Positions 45,694-57,140 of a DNA stretch of 64,000 nucleotides are shown here, piece by piece. The notes under the pieces are model-generated. The model worked only from the letters and a program-made list of their open reading frames with translations. It ran no database searches and was not told the origin of the DNA. This stretch comes from Ignavibacteriota bacterium (lineage in GTDB: Bacteria; Bacteroidota; Ignavibacteria; UBA10030; UBA6906): assembly GCA_963801355.1 (NCBI GenBank), contig CAWDEM010000008.1, forward strand, positions 512,001 to 576,000, in the 5' to 3' direction. The position numbers and the translations under genes are program-made. Position 1 is the stretch's first letter. Every line of letters begins with the position of its first letter.

Positions 45694-46398
45694 ATGAATG
45701 CCATTGTTCGCCGTGCTTCGTGTGCGTTCGGGCTCGCCACCTTCCTGTGCATCCCAGGAGGCGCGGATGCGCTTGCGCAACCCACCGAAGCCGCTCCAGC
45801 AATCGTCGATACTTTCATCGCCGTCGTCCCTCTCCGTTCCTTACAGGACATCAAAGCTGACGGCGAGCGCGCAGGTGCGCTGCGGAACCAGGCAAAACAG
45901 CGTCGGGCACAGGCCCAGGAGGGGGTACTCACGCTCGATAACATGATCAAGGCGCGGAAAAAGGATCTCGCGGCGTTCGAAGGTTATCTGGATGCTCTGG
46001 ATGCAGACACGAAGGCGGGCGAGATCGCCACGATGAAGCAGAAGACCGCCCTGCTTGAGAAGTTGCTGGACCTGCTGGAACTCCGCAAGAATGTGCGTGA
46101 AGGAGAGGTGGAATCCGCTGAGGCGACTGTCGCGTACACTGAAGCGATGGAAGAGTTGTACTCTCTTGAGGGTCAACTGGCGACAAAACGGAATGATCGG
46201 GCAGAACTCTCCAAGAAGAAAGCGTCCTCGGCTGACCGCGGGGAACTGGATCTGGCCATCAAGCAGATGGAGTCTGAAGTGCTGGAACGCTGGGACAAGA
46301 TGCTCAAGAAGCACGAGGACAGTGTATCGGAAGAGCAGGACTATATCGGTCTTCTCAAAAAGCTCGCAGACACCCAGGACGCATTTCATAATCCTTGA
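45694..46398 (+). CDS. secreted all-helical coiled-coil hypothetical protein
   Basis: AGGAG RBS; signal peptide ending ALA-Q; long K/E/A-rich heptad region. Confidence 0.75.
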   Translation: MNAIVRRASCAFGLATFLCIPGGADALAQPTEAAPAIVDTFIAVVPLRSLQDIKADGERAGALRNQAKQRRAQAQEGVLTLDNMIKARKKDLAAFEGYLDALDADTKAGEIATMKQKTALLEKLLDLLELRKNVREGEVESAEATVAYTEAMEELYSLEGQLATKRNDRAELSKKKASSADRGELDLAIKQMESEVLERWDKMLKKHEDSVSEEQDYIGLLKKLADTQDAFHNP

Positions 46399-46436
46399 TG
46401 CAGTGCGTGCGTGAGAGATGGCGGGAGGATTGAGAA

Positions 46437-47378
<942 letters not shown>

Positions 47379-47503
47379 TCAGTTGTGTGCCTGTTGTAAC
47401 ACAAGATCAAGGGAAAGAATTCCTCATGCATTTCTCGAGCCATTGTGCAGCAACGCCATCGCAACATCTTCGACAGAGCCGGCTGACTGCGCCGGCCTGC
47501 CAG

Positions 47504-47532
47504 TTGACATTCGGCGGAGAGATCGGTACAAT
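47504..47532 (+). promoter_or_regulatory. near-consensus sigma70 promoter of the ADH gene
   Basis: TTGACA - 17 nt - TACAAT, 21 nt upstream of ATG 47554. Confidence 0.7.
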
Positions 47533-47553
47533 TTACGCGAACAACATGGGCCT

Positions 47554-48663
47554 ATGATGAAGGCGATGATACTGGAGAGGCTTTCCTCCTTTGACCGTGT
47601 GAAATCCCCGCTGATTCTGGTCGACATCCCCGTTCCGACACCCGCAGAGGATGAGATTCTCATCAAGGTCTCCGCATGTGGTGTGTGCCACACCGAGTTG
47701 GATGAAATTGAGGGGAGAACGGCCCCACCCTCCTTCCCCGTCGTGCCGGGGCACCAGGCAGTCGGGCAGGTTGTGGAGATGGGGGCCAAGGTGCACGGGT
47801 ATGCTCCAGGAGACAGGGTTGGCATCGCCTGGATCTTTTCGGCATGCGGCCGGTGCGAGCATTGCATCGAGGGGAATGAGAACCTCTGCCCTCAATTCAG
47901 GGCTACGGGGAGGGATGCAAACGGAGGATATGCGGAATATATGGTGGTTCGTCACGACTTCGCACACGCCATCCCGGACAGTTTCACCGATGAGGAAGCG
48001 GCACCCTTGTTGTGCGCGGGCGCAATCGGCTATCGCTCCTTGCGGCTTGCTGGAATCACAGACGGCAACAACCTGGGCCTCACGGGTTTCGGGGCCTCCG
48101 GTCACTTTGTGCTGAAGATGGTGCGACACCAATACCCGCATACGAAGGTATTCGTTTTTGCGCGGACAGCGCACGAAAGAGCTTTTGCGCTCGGACTCGG
48201 CGCAGTCTGGGCGGGCGACACAGAAGAATCCCCTCCTGAGATGCTCCACAGCATAATAGACACAACCCCTGCCTGGAGACCGGTGCTCGAAGCGCTGAAA
48301 GGCCTCAGGCCCGGAGGGAGGCTCGTGGTCAACGCCATTCGGAAAGAGGATCACGACAAAGCGTGCCTGTCGGAGCTGAACTATCCTCAACATCTCTGGA
48401 TGGAGAAAGAGATCAAGAGTGTGGCAAATGTCACACGCGCTGACGTACGGGAGTTCCTGCAACTCGCCGCCAGGATCCCTCTCAAACCAGAGATTGAGGA
48501 GTACGCGCTGGCGGATGCCAACACCGCTTTATGCGAACTCAAAGAACGGAGCATCCGGGGAGCCAAGGTCCTGCGGATGGGGAAGAAAATTCGTTCCGGC
48601 GGATCGGACATTGCAGCCGGCTCTCAACAGGCTCCCAACCATGGACACCATTCATGCCCCTGA
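47554..48663 (+). CDS. zinc-dependent alcohol dehydrogenase family protein
   Basis: CGVCHTELD, VPGHQ, CGRCEHC..G.ENLC, APLLCAG and GFGASG. Confidence 0.9.
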   Translation: MMKAMILERLSSFDRVKSPLILVDIPVPTPAEDEILIKVSACGVCHTELDEIEGRTAPPSFPVVPGHQAVGQVVEMGAKVHGYAPGDRVGIAWIFSACGRCEHCIEGNENLCPQFRATGRDANGGYAEYMVVRHDFAHAIPDSFTDEEAAPLLCAGAIGYRSLRLAGITDGNNLGLTGFGASGHFVLKMVRHQYPHTKVFVFARTAHERAFALGLGAVWAGDTEESPPEMLHSIIDTTPAWRPVLEALKGLRPGGRLVVNAIRKEDHDKACLSELNYPQHLWMEKEIKSVANVTRADVREFLQLAARIPLKPEIEEYALADANTALCELKERSIRGAKVLRMGKKIRSGGSDIAAGSQQAPNHGHHSCP

Positions 48664-50630
48664 ACTTATCTGAACAACTCATGAGGCGTCTCATCGCCGG
48701 TATCCTCGTCGCGGGTTCAGCTGTGTGTGTCCTGCTCTGCTGGTCCGCCTGGCACGTCAACGGGTCTTTTGGATTCCCGCTCGATGATTCGTGGATCCAC
48801 CTGCAGTTCGCCCGGAATTTGCGGGAGTACGGGGTATTCTCTTACTTTCAGAACCAGATGGTCACTTCGGGCTCGACGTCACCGCTGTACACAATGTTGC
48901 TTGCCGTAGGCCAGTTTTTCACATCGAATGAATTTGTGCTCAGCTACAGTCTCGGCATCGCGTTTTTCATTGCCGGAGCTTTCGTGCTCTCGCGCATCGG
49001 GGAAGGACTCTTCAAGGGCCAGCCGATCCTTCTGGTGGGTTGTGTCCTCCTGTATCTTCTGGAGCCCCGGCTCGATTGGATCGCGCTGTCGGGGATGGAA
49101 ACAACGTTGTTCATACTCCTGTTGATGCTCGTGTGGCATTTCTACCGGCTCCGATCTGCCCGCCTGCTCGGCGTGACTGCAGGGCTCTTGCTTTGGACCA
49201 GGCCCGAGGCGATCATTTTCTTCGCGGCCATTGCTCTGGATGCTGCCTACCATGCGTGGTGGGTCCGCCGTGAACGTGTGCGGAAGGGGCCCCATGTTGT
49301 TGTGCAGACCGACTATCGCTGGCTGCTCACGGCTCTGGTACTTGCGGGAATCATCTGCGCGGGATATGCGGCATTCAATTATGTGCTGTCAGGTTCCTTC
49401 CTGCCGAACACCTTTGCAGCAAAGATCCGGTACTACAGTTCCGGCAGAGGGGATTTCGCTGAAGCGACGTGGAGATTTCTCACGGGCGGACACATGCCGG
49501 TGCTTGCAGCCTTTGCGGCAATCGCCATCCTCGACGTGCTCTGGAAGGCCGGGAAGCGGGAGCGCCAGGAATCTCTTGTGCCGGTTCTCTGGTGTGCGGG
49601 ACTGTGCGCTGCCTACGCGCAGACGCTCCCCTATCTCTATCAGGAAGGAAGATATCTCATGCCCATGCTCCCGTGGATCATCCTGCTCGGGATGCAGGGC
49701 ATAGAGATCGCGATCACTCAGGGCAAGAAGGCGTTCGGATTGCTGCAACGGAGAACCGTCAGCACCATCGTCCTCTCAGGAATCACACTCGGAATTGTCC
49801 TGCAATTCGGCATTGGTGCGTGGGGATATCGCGAAGGGTATGCGGCGCAGTGCAAATACATCACCGACAGGCAGGTCCGCACCGCGATCTGGATCCGGGA
49901 CCATCTTCCCGCGGATGCAGTGATCGGCACGCATGACGTCGGTGCCATTGCGTACTACTCCGGACGGCGCATTGTGGACATGGTCGGCCTGGTGTCTCCG
50001 GAGATGATCAAGAACATCGGGAGCTTCGATCGGCTGATCGCATTCCTGGGCCGGGAACGGGTAACGCATCTTGCAGTCCTCCGTACCTGGTTCGAAGTGG
50101 CAAACCAGAAGCCAATTTTTCAGACGGATGAGGCGGCACCGGAGATCATGGAAGTTTTTCCGTTCGACCCGGCGCGGTGTCACTTCACTCCGCAGAATGC
50201 CGGCGCCCTGATCGCCGACGGCACCTACCTTTTGAGCCTGGGACAAGTCCAGCGGGCCGGGCCGATGCTGATGGAAGCCGTTCGGCTTGATCCGCGTTCG
50301 GCAAGGGCGCACTACGGCCTCGGTGTGGCGTTTCTGATGGTTGGCAAGGACGGGGAGGCAGAGCGGGAGATCACCAGAGCCCTTGAACTGCAGCCGGAAT
50401 CGTGGCAGGCGATGCTCGCACGCGCCCAACTCTACATTATGCGAAATGACCCGGACCGCGCGTTGGAAGTATACAAGGAGGTTGAGCGGAAGGACCCGGC
50501 GTATGCTCCCGTGTACCAGGCCCTGTCACATTTCTACCTCACGGTGAAAAAGGACACCGTGGCCGGGCAGGAGTACCTCGCGAAATTCACCGGTCTTGCC
50601 GGCGAAGGAGGTCAGGAGTCTCTCAGGTAG
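48654..50630 (+). CDS. GT-C-fold polytopic membrane glycosyltransferase-like protein with C-terminal TPR repeats
   Basis: PLDDSWIHLQFARN, GSTSPLY, SGMETTL, TRPEA, PNTFAAK and DVGAIAYYS; TPR-like helices at the C-terminus. Confidence 0.72.
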   Translation: MPLNLSEQLMRRLIAGILVAGSAVCVLLCWSAWHVNGSFGFPLDDSWIHLQFARNLREYGVFSYFQNQMVTSGSTSPLYTMLLAVGQFFTSNEFVLSYSLGIAFFIAGAFVLSRIGEGLFKGQPILLVGCVLLYLLEPRLDWIALSGMETTLFILLLMLVWHFYRLRSARLLGVTAGLLLWTRPEAIIFFAAIALDAAYHAWWVRRERVRKGPHVVVQTDYRWLLTALVLAGIICAGYAAFNYVLSGSFLPNTFAAKIRYYSSGRGDFAEATWRFLTGGHMPVLAAFAAIAILDVLWKAGKRERQESLVPVLWCAGLCAAYAQTLPYLYQEGRYLMPMLPWIILLGMQGIEIAITQGKKAFGLLQRRTVSTIVLSGITLGIVLQFGIGAWGYREGYAAQCKYITDRQVRTAIWIRDHLPADAVIGTHDVGAIAYYSGRRIVDMVGLVSPEMIKNIGSFDRLIAFLGRERVTHLAVLRTWFEVANQKPIFQTDEAAPEIMEVFPFDPARCHFTPQNAGALIADGTYLLSLGQVQRAGPMLMEAVRLDPRSARAHYGLGVAFLMVGKDGEAEREITRALELQPESWQAMLARAQLYIMRNDPDRALEVYKEVERKDPAYAPVYQALSHFYLTVKKDTVAGQEYLAKFTGLAGEGGQESLR

Positions 50631-50667
50631 CTTTTCTCAAGGTCTCGAGTTGCGTCCTGCGGCGGGA

Positions 50668-52575
50668 TCACTCCTCAGGCGTCTGAATCGTCGGTGCATA
50701 CTGGGGTACCAGCGTACGGAAACAGTCGTTCACCGTCGGGAGTGATTCTTGCTGCGCTGCTTCGATGAGTTTCGTTACGGACTCCCGCAGGCTGAATTTT
50801 TGTTCCGGCGTCTCCGCTGGTTCGGCGGGGACCGGAGTCCGGCACACCTTGATCTCTGCGTGCTCTGTCGCTTCCACCTGATCGGTCTCGTAGAACAGTT
50901 CTTCGAACATCTTCTCGCCCGGCAGCAATCCCGTGATCTTGATCGGAATTTCCTCGTCCGTGTACCCGCTCAGGCGGATGAGGTCGCGCGCGACATCGAT
51001 GACTTTGATCTGGTCGCCCATGTCAAGGACAAAAACCTCTCCTCCCTTTCCCATCGCCGCGGCCTGAAGCACCAATTGCACCGCCTCAGGAATTGTCATG
51101 AAATACCGTGTGACATTCGGATCCGTGACTGTCACGGGTCCACCCGCGGCAATCTGGCGTTTGAACAGAGGCACGACACTCCCCCGGCTGCCGAGGACAT
51201 TCCCAAAGCGGACGGTGACGAAGGCTTTGCTCGAGCGGTCAGCGACATCCTGTACCACCAATTCGGCGATGCGCTTGGTCACTCCCATCACGCTTGTGGG
51301 GTTCACGGCTTTGTCGCTCGAAACCATGACAAAACGCTTCACGTCATAGCGTTCCGCGAGTTCAACCAGGTTTTGTGTGCCCATGACATTGTTTGTCACC
51401 GCCTCCGGTATGTTCTCCTGCATGAGATACACATGCTTGTGCGCGGCAGCGTGGAAGACGACATCCGGCTTGAGTCTGAGAAAGGCCTTTTCAATTCGAT
51501 CCCGGTCGCGAATGTCCGCAATCACCGGCACAATCTTTGTGTTCAGCCCCGGTGATTCCTCCAGTTCTTTCATGATCTGGAAGATGGTTGCTTCTCCGTG
51601 GCCCAGCAACATCAGCGCAGCGGGTTTGAACCCCGCGATCTGCCGGCACAGTTCACTCCCGATGGATCCCCCTGCTCCCGTCACAAGCACGCGGCTGCCG
51701 GTCAGCATTCCCGCGATTGACGAGGGATCAGTGGAGACAACCCCTCTCCGCAGGAGATCTTCGAGTTGCACTTCACGCACCTGGTCAACACTGGCCGTCC
51801 CCCGTATGATGTCGAAGATCGCGGGAATCGTCTTATAGGGGACGTGTGCCGTCAGGCAACTCTGGACAACATCGCGCACCACTTTGCCGGGGACAGTGGG
51901 CATGGCAATAATCACTTCCTGGGCATCCATATAGCGGACTACCTCGGGCAGCTCTGCAAGAGTGCCGCAGACCCGTATGCCGCTGATGTATCTCCCCTGC
52001 TTCAACCGGTCATCGTCCAGGAAGCCGACCGGATCGACTCCCGTTTGCTGATTGCGTAGGAGTTCTTTCGCGGTCATCGCTCCTGCCACACCGGCGCCGG
52101 CAATAATCACGCGGCGCTGCCGTACGCTCGCCTCTTTGCGATTCACCAGCATGAAGGCGATCCGGATGACGACGCGACCGCCTGCAATCCAGCACGCAGT
52201 CAGCAGTGCACTGATGATGGGAAGTGACCGTGGCAACGATTGTGGAAGGATGTGGAATGGATTCAAGACACCGAAGAACAGGACGAGTTCCAGGAGAGTA
52301 CTCAACAGCAGGGCTATCAGCAGGGTCAGCATCTCATTAGCACTTGCGTACGCCCAGAACTGACGGTAAAGCCCGCTCGCGTAATAGAAGTATATCTTCA
52401 CGACGATCATGACGACACCGTACACGAGCAATCCCCTGGCAAAATACTCAACTGTGCTCATGTCCTCTGTGCGGATCAACATCGCGAGCGGCGGGATGAC
52501 TATCAGACCGATCAGGTCGAAACCCATCAGATAGCGGGTACGCGGACGAGAGAGAAGCTTCAGATATTGTTTCAT
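50668..52575 (-). CDS. CapD/PglF-type membrane-bound nucleoside-diphosphate sugar dehydratase
   Basis: Four N-terminal TM segments; EDLLRR, VTGAGGSIGSELCRQ, FHAAAHKHV, SSDKAVNPTSVMG and RFGNVLGSRGSVVP. Confidence 0.92.
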   Translation of the reverse strand: MKQYLKLLSRPRTRYLMGFDLIGLIVIPPLAMLIRTEDMSTVEYFARGLLVYGVVMIVVKIYFYYASGLYRQFWAYASANEMLTLLIALLLSTLLELVLFFGVLNPFHILPQSLPRSLPIISALLTACWIAGGRVVIRIAFMLVNRKEASVRQRRVIIAGAGVAGAMTAKELLRNQQTGVDPVGFLDDDRLKQGRYISGIRVCGTLAELPEVVRYMDAQEVIIAMPTVPGKVVRDVVQSCLTAHVPYKTIPAIFDIIRGTASVDQVREVQLEDLLRRGVVSTDPSSIAGMLTGSRVLVTGAGGSIGSELCRQIAGFKPAALMLLGHGEATIFQIMKELEESPGLNTKIVPVIADIRDRDRIEKAFLRLKPDVVFHAAAHKHVYLMQENIPEAVTNNVMGTQNLVELAERYDVKRFVMVSSDKAVNPTSVMGVTKRIAELVVQDVADRSSKAFVTVRFGNVLGSRGSVVPLFKRQIAAGGPVTVTDPNVTRYFMTIPEAVQLVLQAAAMGKGGEVFVLDMGDQIKVIDVARDLIRLSGYTDEEIPIKITGLLPGEKMFEELFYETDQVEATEHAEIKVCRTPVPAEPAETPEQKFSLRESVTKLIEAAQQESLPTVNDCFRTLVPQYAPTIQTPEE

Positions 52576-52762
52576 TGGTTTTCTTGTGGCCCGGCGCTGT
52601 CCATGACACGAGTATGGCACACAACAATCACAAAAGCGATAGAACGTCCCCCCCTCCTCAGAATCGCCGCTGGTGTTTCCAACCAAAGGGAAGCAGATTC
52701 GCGTGGAAGGCGAAAGCCCCGGGTGCAGGCGGGGCTCGTTGAAGAGCGAGAAACCCTTCAGC

Positions 52763-53170
52763 TCACTTGGCGCCGATTGCGGCTCCGGTCTTTTCAGTGT
52801 CTACAGCGCTGACCTGCAGAAATGCAGTGTAGCTCCCGCCCGCTGCCATCGCATTTCCCGAAATAATATTGACGCCCGCTTTCGCAATGGCCTGGAAGGT
52901 CTTGACGAGGGCACCGGTCTTGTCGGTACCCTTCAGGATGAAGCCGGTCCCCTCCTGAACTGCCAATCCGGCGGACTTCGCGAAAGTCCGGAACTTGTCC
53001 GGATTCTTCGGGATGCAGACAACTTCCGCCTCTCCAGTCTGCGTGCCATATCCCCAGAGTCCCGCGAGGCCGATATTCTTCGACTTCAGGAGCTGCGTAA
53101 ACGCGAGGATCGCCCCGGGCTTGTCCTCGAGCTTCGCTTTGAAGTATGCCACACGCTTTGGTGCTGCCAT
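52763..53170 (-). CDS. tandem ACT-domain protein
   Basis: LEDKPGAIL...NIGL and TDKTGALV...AGVNI ACT repeats; GAGGAGG RBS. Confidence 0.8.
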   Translation of the reverse strand: MAAPKRVAYFKAKLEDKPGAILAFTQLLKSKNIGLAGLWGYGTQTGEAEVVCIPKNPDKFRTFAKSAGLAVQEGTGFILKGTDKTGALVKTFQAIAKAGVNIISGNAMAAGGSYTAFLQVSAVDTEKTGAAIGAK

Positions 53171-53223
53171 AGTGTCCTCCTCGTGTTGTGGTGTCTGTTT
53201 GTGGTTGGAATCCCGCCGGCGCA

Positions 53224-53252
53224 AATTAACATCTCTCCCGGGCGAATGTCAA
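53224..53252 (-). promoter_or_regulatory. candidate sigma70 promoter of the ACT gene
   Basis: Minus strand TTGACA - 17 nt - TTAATT. Confidence 0.45.
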
Positions 53253-53324
53253 GCCTGTCCGCAAATACCAGGCAAAATACTTGTCGAAATATAACCCCGA
53301 AAACCCCTCCCCATAAGCGGATCG

Positions 53325-54899
53325 TTACGGCATGACCCTGTACAGAACCGATCGCGGCGACAGAACTGTAATCAGCGTGCGCAGCCCTTCGTGCTTCTTC
53401 TGCCCGTCGAGAAGGTCTTCAAGTTCCGGACGCGTGGCGACCTCATAATAACCGATGTAGAGGTAATCAACAGTGCTCTTGCGGAGGGCCGAGACGAGCT
53501 CCGTCTCACTCGTGACGTACGGAAAAGGAGTGTACTTCAAATTGAGATAGTATGCTATCTGAGGCTTTCTTGCCGAGATGCTTGTTCCCCGCGGCGAGTC
53601 GTCCGCAAGCCCGGCGAACGCATCCCTCACTTGAAGAATCTCCACCGGCTCCGAGGCAATGTCGAGCCTTGCCAGATTCACGCTCTGCAGACACGCCCAG
53701 GCCGCCAGGCCAAGCGCGACGGCCCGGGTGGCATACCGGTACCAGCGTTCGGGAATCCGCTGCATACCTCTCCACTGGAGAGCACGAACACATAACAGGA
53801 CTACAAAGGGCACAAGGAAGAGTGAGAAACGCACGGTGTAGAACACCGGAACCAGGACAAGGAAAGAGAGCACCGCGAAGAGGATGACCACCGCCTGTTG
53901 ACGTGCAAGACCGCTTCGCAGCATGGTGAAGCCGCCCACCGCCGCGCCCAGTCCGACAGGCCACGGGACTAGCTGCGTGAGATCGCTCCATGCGTGGGTG
54001 ATGAAATTCATCGCGACGTGTGTGGTGAAATTCCAAGGATCGTATGCCACGACATCTGCATATGATCGGAAATGCGGCGCAATGACGGTCCAGTAGTCAT
54101 CCCACCGGATACGGCCCCGCGCGTAGATCTCGTATGCCACATTGAGGAAGTTGTCATTGTACACGAATCTCCCGGTCTCCTGATAGGTGTAGAGACTGAA
54201 TGGGAGGATCGTGATCGCTGCACCGCCCAGGAAGGTGACAGCAGAGCTGATCCGTTGCTTCCAGGGCTGCGATGAATCGCAAAGCCAGAGGATGCTTGCC
54301 ACCGCGGCCACGAGGATTGCAACGCCGTTGTACCGCGTGAGATACGTGCATCCCGCGAGCAGACCGGCCAGGAGCAGCATCCATTTCCGGTGTGGTGCAC
54401 TATAGACGATCAGGTACAGGACTGACAGGGCAAGCATGACATAGAACATATCGGTGCTTGCTGTATAGCTCAGCGAGAAGAATGTGGGGATGACGGCGGT
54501 TCCCAGCGACACGAGGAGGGCGGTTTCGGCACCGAACGTTTTCCTTACAACCGCGTACAGAAAAAGAAGGGAGATCGCCGCGCTGAACACCGAGAGGAGC
54601 ATGCCCCCCTTGAAGAACTCCCCGGCAACCAGGCGCGACACTGCGAGGGCAATTTCGTACCCTGGTCCCCGGAATGCATCGAGAACGAGGTTGCCTGCGA
54701 GGAGCTCTTTGGCGATCGGCACAAACGTCCAATAGAAGTCCGTCTCGACATTCATATTGCCGATCGAGCGAAAATGGAGAACCACTACAGACAGCACTCC
54801 CACGTACAATCCCCAGAGCAGAAAAGGGATCCACCTCGGTGCTCCCCTTTCCGGGAGCAGTGAAGCGGAGGTGGATAGAGCCGGCCCTTCAGGCATCAT
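53325..54899 (-). CDS. ArnT/PMT (GT39/GT83-like) membrane glycosyltransferase
   Basis: About 11-13 TM segments; ETDFY after TM1, RGPGY, STD and YLTRYNG motifs. Confidence 0.75.
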   Translation of the reverse strand: MMPEGPALSTSASLLPERGAPRWIPFLLWGLYVGVLSVVVLHFRSIGNMNVETDFYWTFVPIAKELLAGNLVLDAFRGPGYEIALAVSRLVAGEFFKGGMLLSVFSAAISLLFLYAVVRKTFGAETALLVSLGTAVIPTFFSLSYTASTDMFYVMLALSVLYLIVYSAPHRKWMLLLAGLLAGCTYLTRYNGVAILVAAVASILWLCDSSQPWKQRISSAVTFLGGAAITILPFSLYTYQETGRFVYNDNFLNVAYEIYARGRIRWDDYWTVIAPHFRSYADVVAYDPWNFTTHVAMNFITHAWSDLTQLVPWPVGLGAAVGGFTMLRSGLARQQAVVILFAVLSFLVLVPVFYTVRFSLFLVPFVVLLCVRALQWRGMQRIPERWYRYATRAVALGLAAWACLQSVNLARLDIASEPVEILQVRDAFAGLADDSPRGTSISARKPQIAYYLNLKYTPFPYVTSETELVSALRKSTVDYLYIGYYEVATRPELEDLLDGQKKHEGLRTLITVLSPRSVLYRVMP

Positions 54900-55100
54900 A
54901 GTGTCACGTCCTCTTCCAGAAGTCACCCGAGTCGAATGAGAAGCCCACGAATTCTTTTCCCCATTGCTTCGCAAACCGTGTCGGCTGCAGGATGCACGCA
55001 GCCCGAATCAGACATCGAAACAGCATCATCGAATAGAGTTAACCTCTTATTCTTATGATGGTTCATCTTATGAAAGTGAAGAATATACTCGATCTAATTC

Positions 55101-57095
55101 TCATTTGACTCGCAGCACGAACTCGTTCTTCTGTGCCGTTTGCTTCATCGTCAAGACCATTCGCCAGAGCCTTTTTCCCCACGATGACTGAAGCTGGGGA
55201 TCACGGATTTCGATCTCCTCGGTGTGAAGGGTGAACAGCGCCGGGTCAAAGATTACCTCAGCAGCCTTTCCCGGGGCGCCGTGTGATGGGACCGGCAAAA
55301 CAACAACTCCGGGCGCGGAAGTGACCGGAGCACGGCAGGTCATCAGACTCAAAGCTATTCCACCGGTCACGGCATCCAGTTCGTACGAATCCCTCACGGT
55401 GACCTCCTTCCCCCTTTCCAGAGTGAGGGTTCGGTGCCAGGACCGGACGCGGGCTTCGGGCGGATACGCACCGGCAATATCCATCGACAGTGAGGCCATA
55501 GCATCGGTTCGCTGATAAGCAACTTCGCGTGCCGCGAATGATCTTCCATCCTTCTGAGGGACTCCGTTAATTGTAGGGAGGTTATGGTAACCGGACTGCA
55601 TGGTCCAGATCGCATAGCGGTCAGGGCTGAAGGTCTTTGCGGTATAGGTCTCCACACCCACGTCGATAAGCACCGGCTCGCCGTCCTTGTACACGATGAA
55701 ATTGCCGACATCGTTGTGATTATGGCTCTCTTCATTGTGCCCTCCCTGCGCGGCAAGATAGAGTCCTTCCGCTGACCCTGCCGAGGAGCGTGCGGTCATC
55801 ACCTGGATCCCCGCAAACCAGACGTCGCGGATAGCAGGTTCTGAACCTTCACTCTTCAGCAGTTCGTCCAGAACAAGGAGTCCGGGCAACACGCGCCCGA
55901 GCACGCCAAACTGCCCTGGCAGCATTCCTTTCCCCAGCTGTTGATCGTGGGCAAGTCTGGCGCCGAACGCCATCATCGGCACGTCACCTATTGCTTTCCC
56001 GTAGCGATAAACAGTCGGAGCATCCGGGCGAAGCCTCGCCGGGGCGTCCGCAAAGTTCACGAACCATGCTCCGCTTATATGGGCGCGCGTGATGAACCTG
56101 CCGATCTCTTTGATCCGGGGATGAGTGTATTCATCGATTTTTCCGCGCGAGGCGGAATGCAGGAGCTCCAGGCAGTCAAAGAGGGATGCACCGGCTCTCC
56201 CCCAGTACGACGCCCCTTCATCGCAACCTCCATCATCGGTGTACTCTGCGAGGAACCGGTCGAGACACTCGAGTATCTTGTATACCGAGCGCGCCCGGCG
56301 TCCGGTATCCTGCTCAAGGACGAGTAGTGCCGCGAGCCAGTTCGAGCAAATCCAGGGGGTCCAGTTGTTCACCCTGCGTGTGAGGCCCATCCACCAGAAA
56401 TCGTTCCGTTCAAGGTTCACCGAGATGATACGCCGGTCCACCTCGTGCTTGATTCTCTCGCACACCAATGGAGAGACCCGGTCGAGCGAGTCTTTCAAGA
56501 GGTAGTAGGTCCACGCAAGCAGTGATCCGGTCTCTGCGGAAAACAGGTCGACGGTCGGTTCCGTAACATCCGGGAGGCCGGCTCCTCTCCGCTGGAGTGC
56601 CACATGCGCCGGCACGCCCCAGTAGGTTTCTTCACAGATGATCCAGATACCGTTGACGATGTCATCCAGAAACCTTCCCCTTCCCTCCGCACATTCAGCG
56701 ATCACCAGTGTGGCAAGTCGTTCTCTCCGGCTGTACGAGAGGGACTGAAAGTGACTTCTGTTCCCCGTCCGCACGAATTCGAGGAAATCGGTCGCCTTGA
56801 GGGTGGGCCAATCGCAGTGCAGGAGTTGTTCCGCCTCGCGTCTGTACGCCTCCCTGACCCCGGACGGGAGAGAGAGCCATCTGTCGCGATCCATGACATG
56901 CGGGTAGGGGTGCCACTCGGAAGGAGACAGGATGAAGGAGCTGATCTGCCCGACGGTCAGGGAGCGGGTCAGGATGTCAGCACCGACGCCGGCTGTGGCT
57001 GTGCGTGCCGCAAGAAGCAACAGGAGCGCAACACTCATGTACGTTCTTGCCACGGGGCTGCGTGGATGGTACACTCTGGTCGTCGACGGTGACAT
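55101..57095 (-). CDS. heparinase II/III family protein
   Basis: ICEETYWGVPAH, DLFSAETG, NNWTPWI, DGGCDEGASYW, GGHNEESHNHNDVGNF and WTMQSGYHNLP. Confidence 0.85.
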   Translation of the reverse strand: MSPSTTRVYHPRSPVARTYMSVALLLLLAARTATAGVGADILTRSLTVGQISSFILSPSEWHPYPHVMDRDRWLSLPSGVREAYRREAEQLLHCDWPTLKATDFLEFVRTGNRSHFQSLSYSRRERLATLVIAECAEGRGRFLDDIVNGIWIICEETYWGVPAHVALQRRGAGLPDVTEPTVDLFSAETGSLLAWTYYLLKDSLDRVSPLVCERIKHEVDRRIISVNLERNDFWWMGLTRRVNNWTPWICSNWLAALLVLEQDTGRRARSVYKILECLDRFLAEYTDDGGCDEGASYWGRAGASLFDCLELLHSASRGKIDEYTHPRIKEIGRFITRAHISGAWFVNFADAPARLRPDAPTVYRYGKAIGDVPMMAFGARLAHDQQLGKGMLPGQFGVLGRVLPGLLVLDELLKSEGSEPAIRDVWFAGIQVMTARSSAGSAEGLYLAAQGGHNEESHNHNDVGNFIVYKDGEPVLIDVGVETYTAKTFSPDRYAIWTMQSGYHNLPTINGVPQKDGRSFAAREVAYQRTDAMASLSMDIAGAYPPEARVRSWHRTLTLERGKEVTVRDSYELDAVTGGIALSLMTCRAPVTSAPGVVVLPVPSHGAPGKAAEVIFDPALFTLHTEEIEIRDPQLQSSWGKRLWRMVLTMKQTAQKNEFVLRVK

Positions 57096-57140
57096 GACCT
57101 TCCTTGAATAGTCTTATGTGGTGTTTTCTCTCGCCGACAT

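Noticed and set aside
55024-55060. AT-rich imperfect hairpin between the heparinase-like and GT genes
   Set aside because: The stem is weak and bulged; it is adequately explained as ordinary terminator or promoter DNA.
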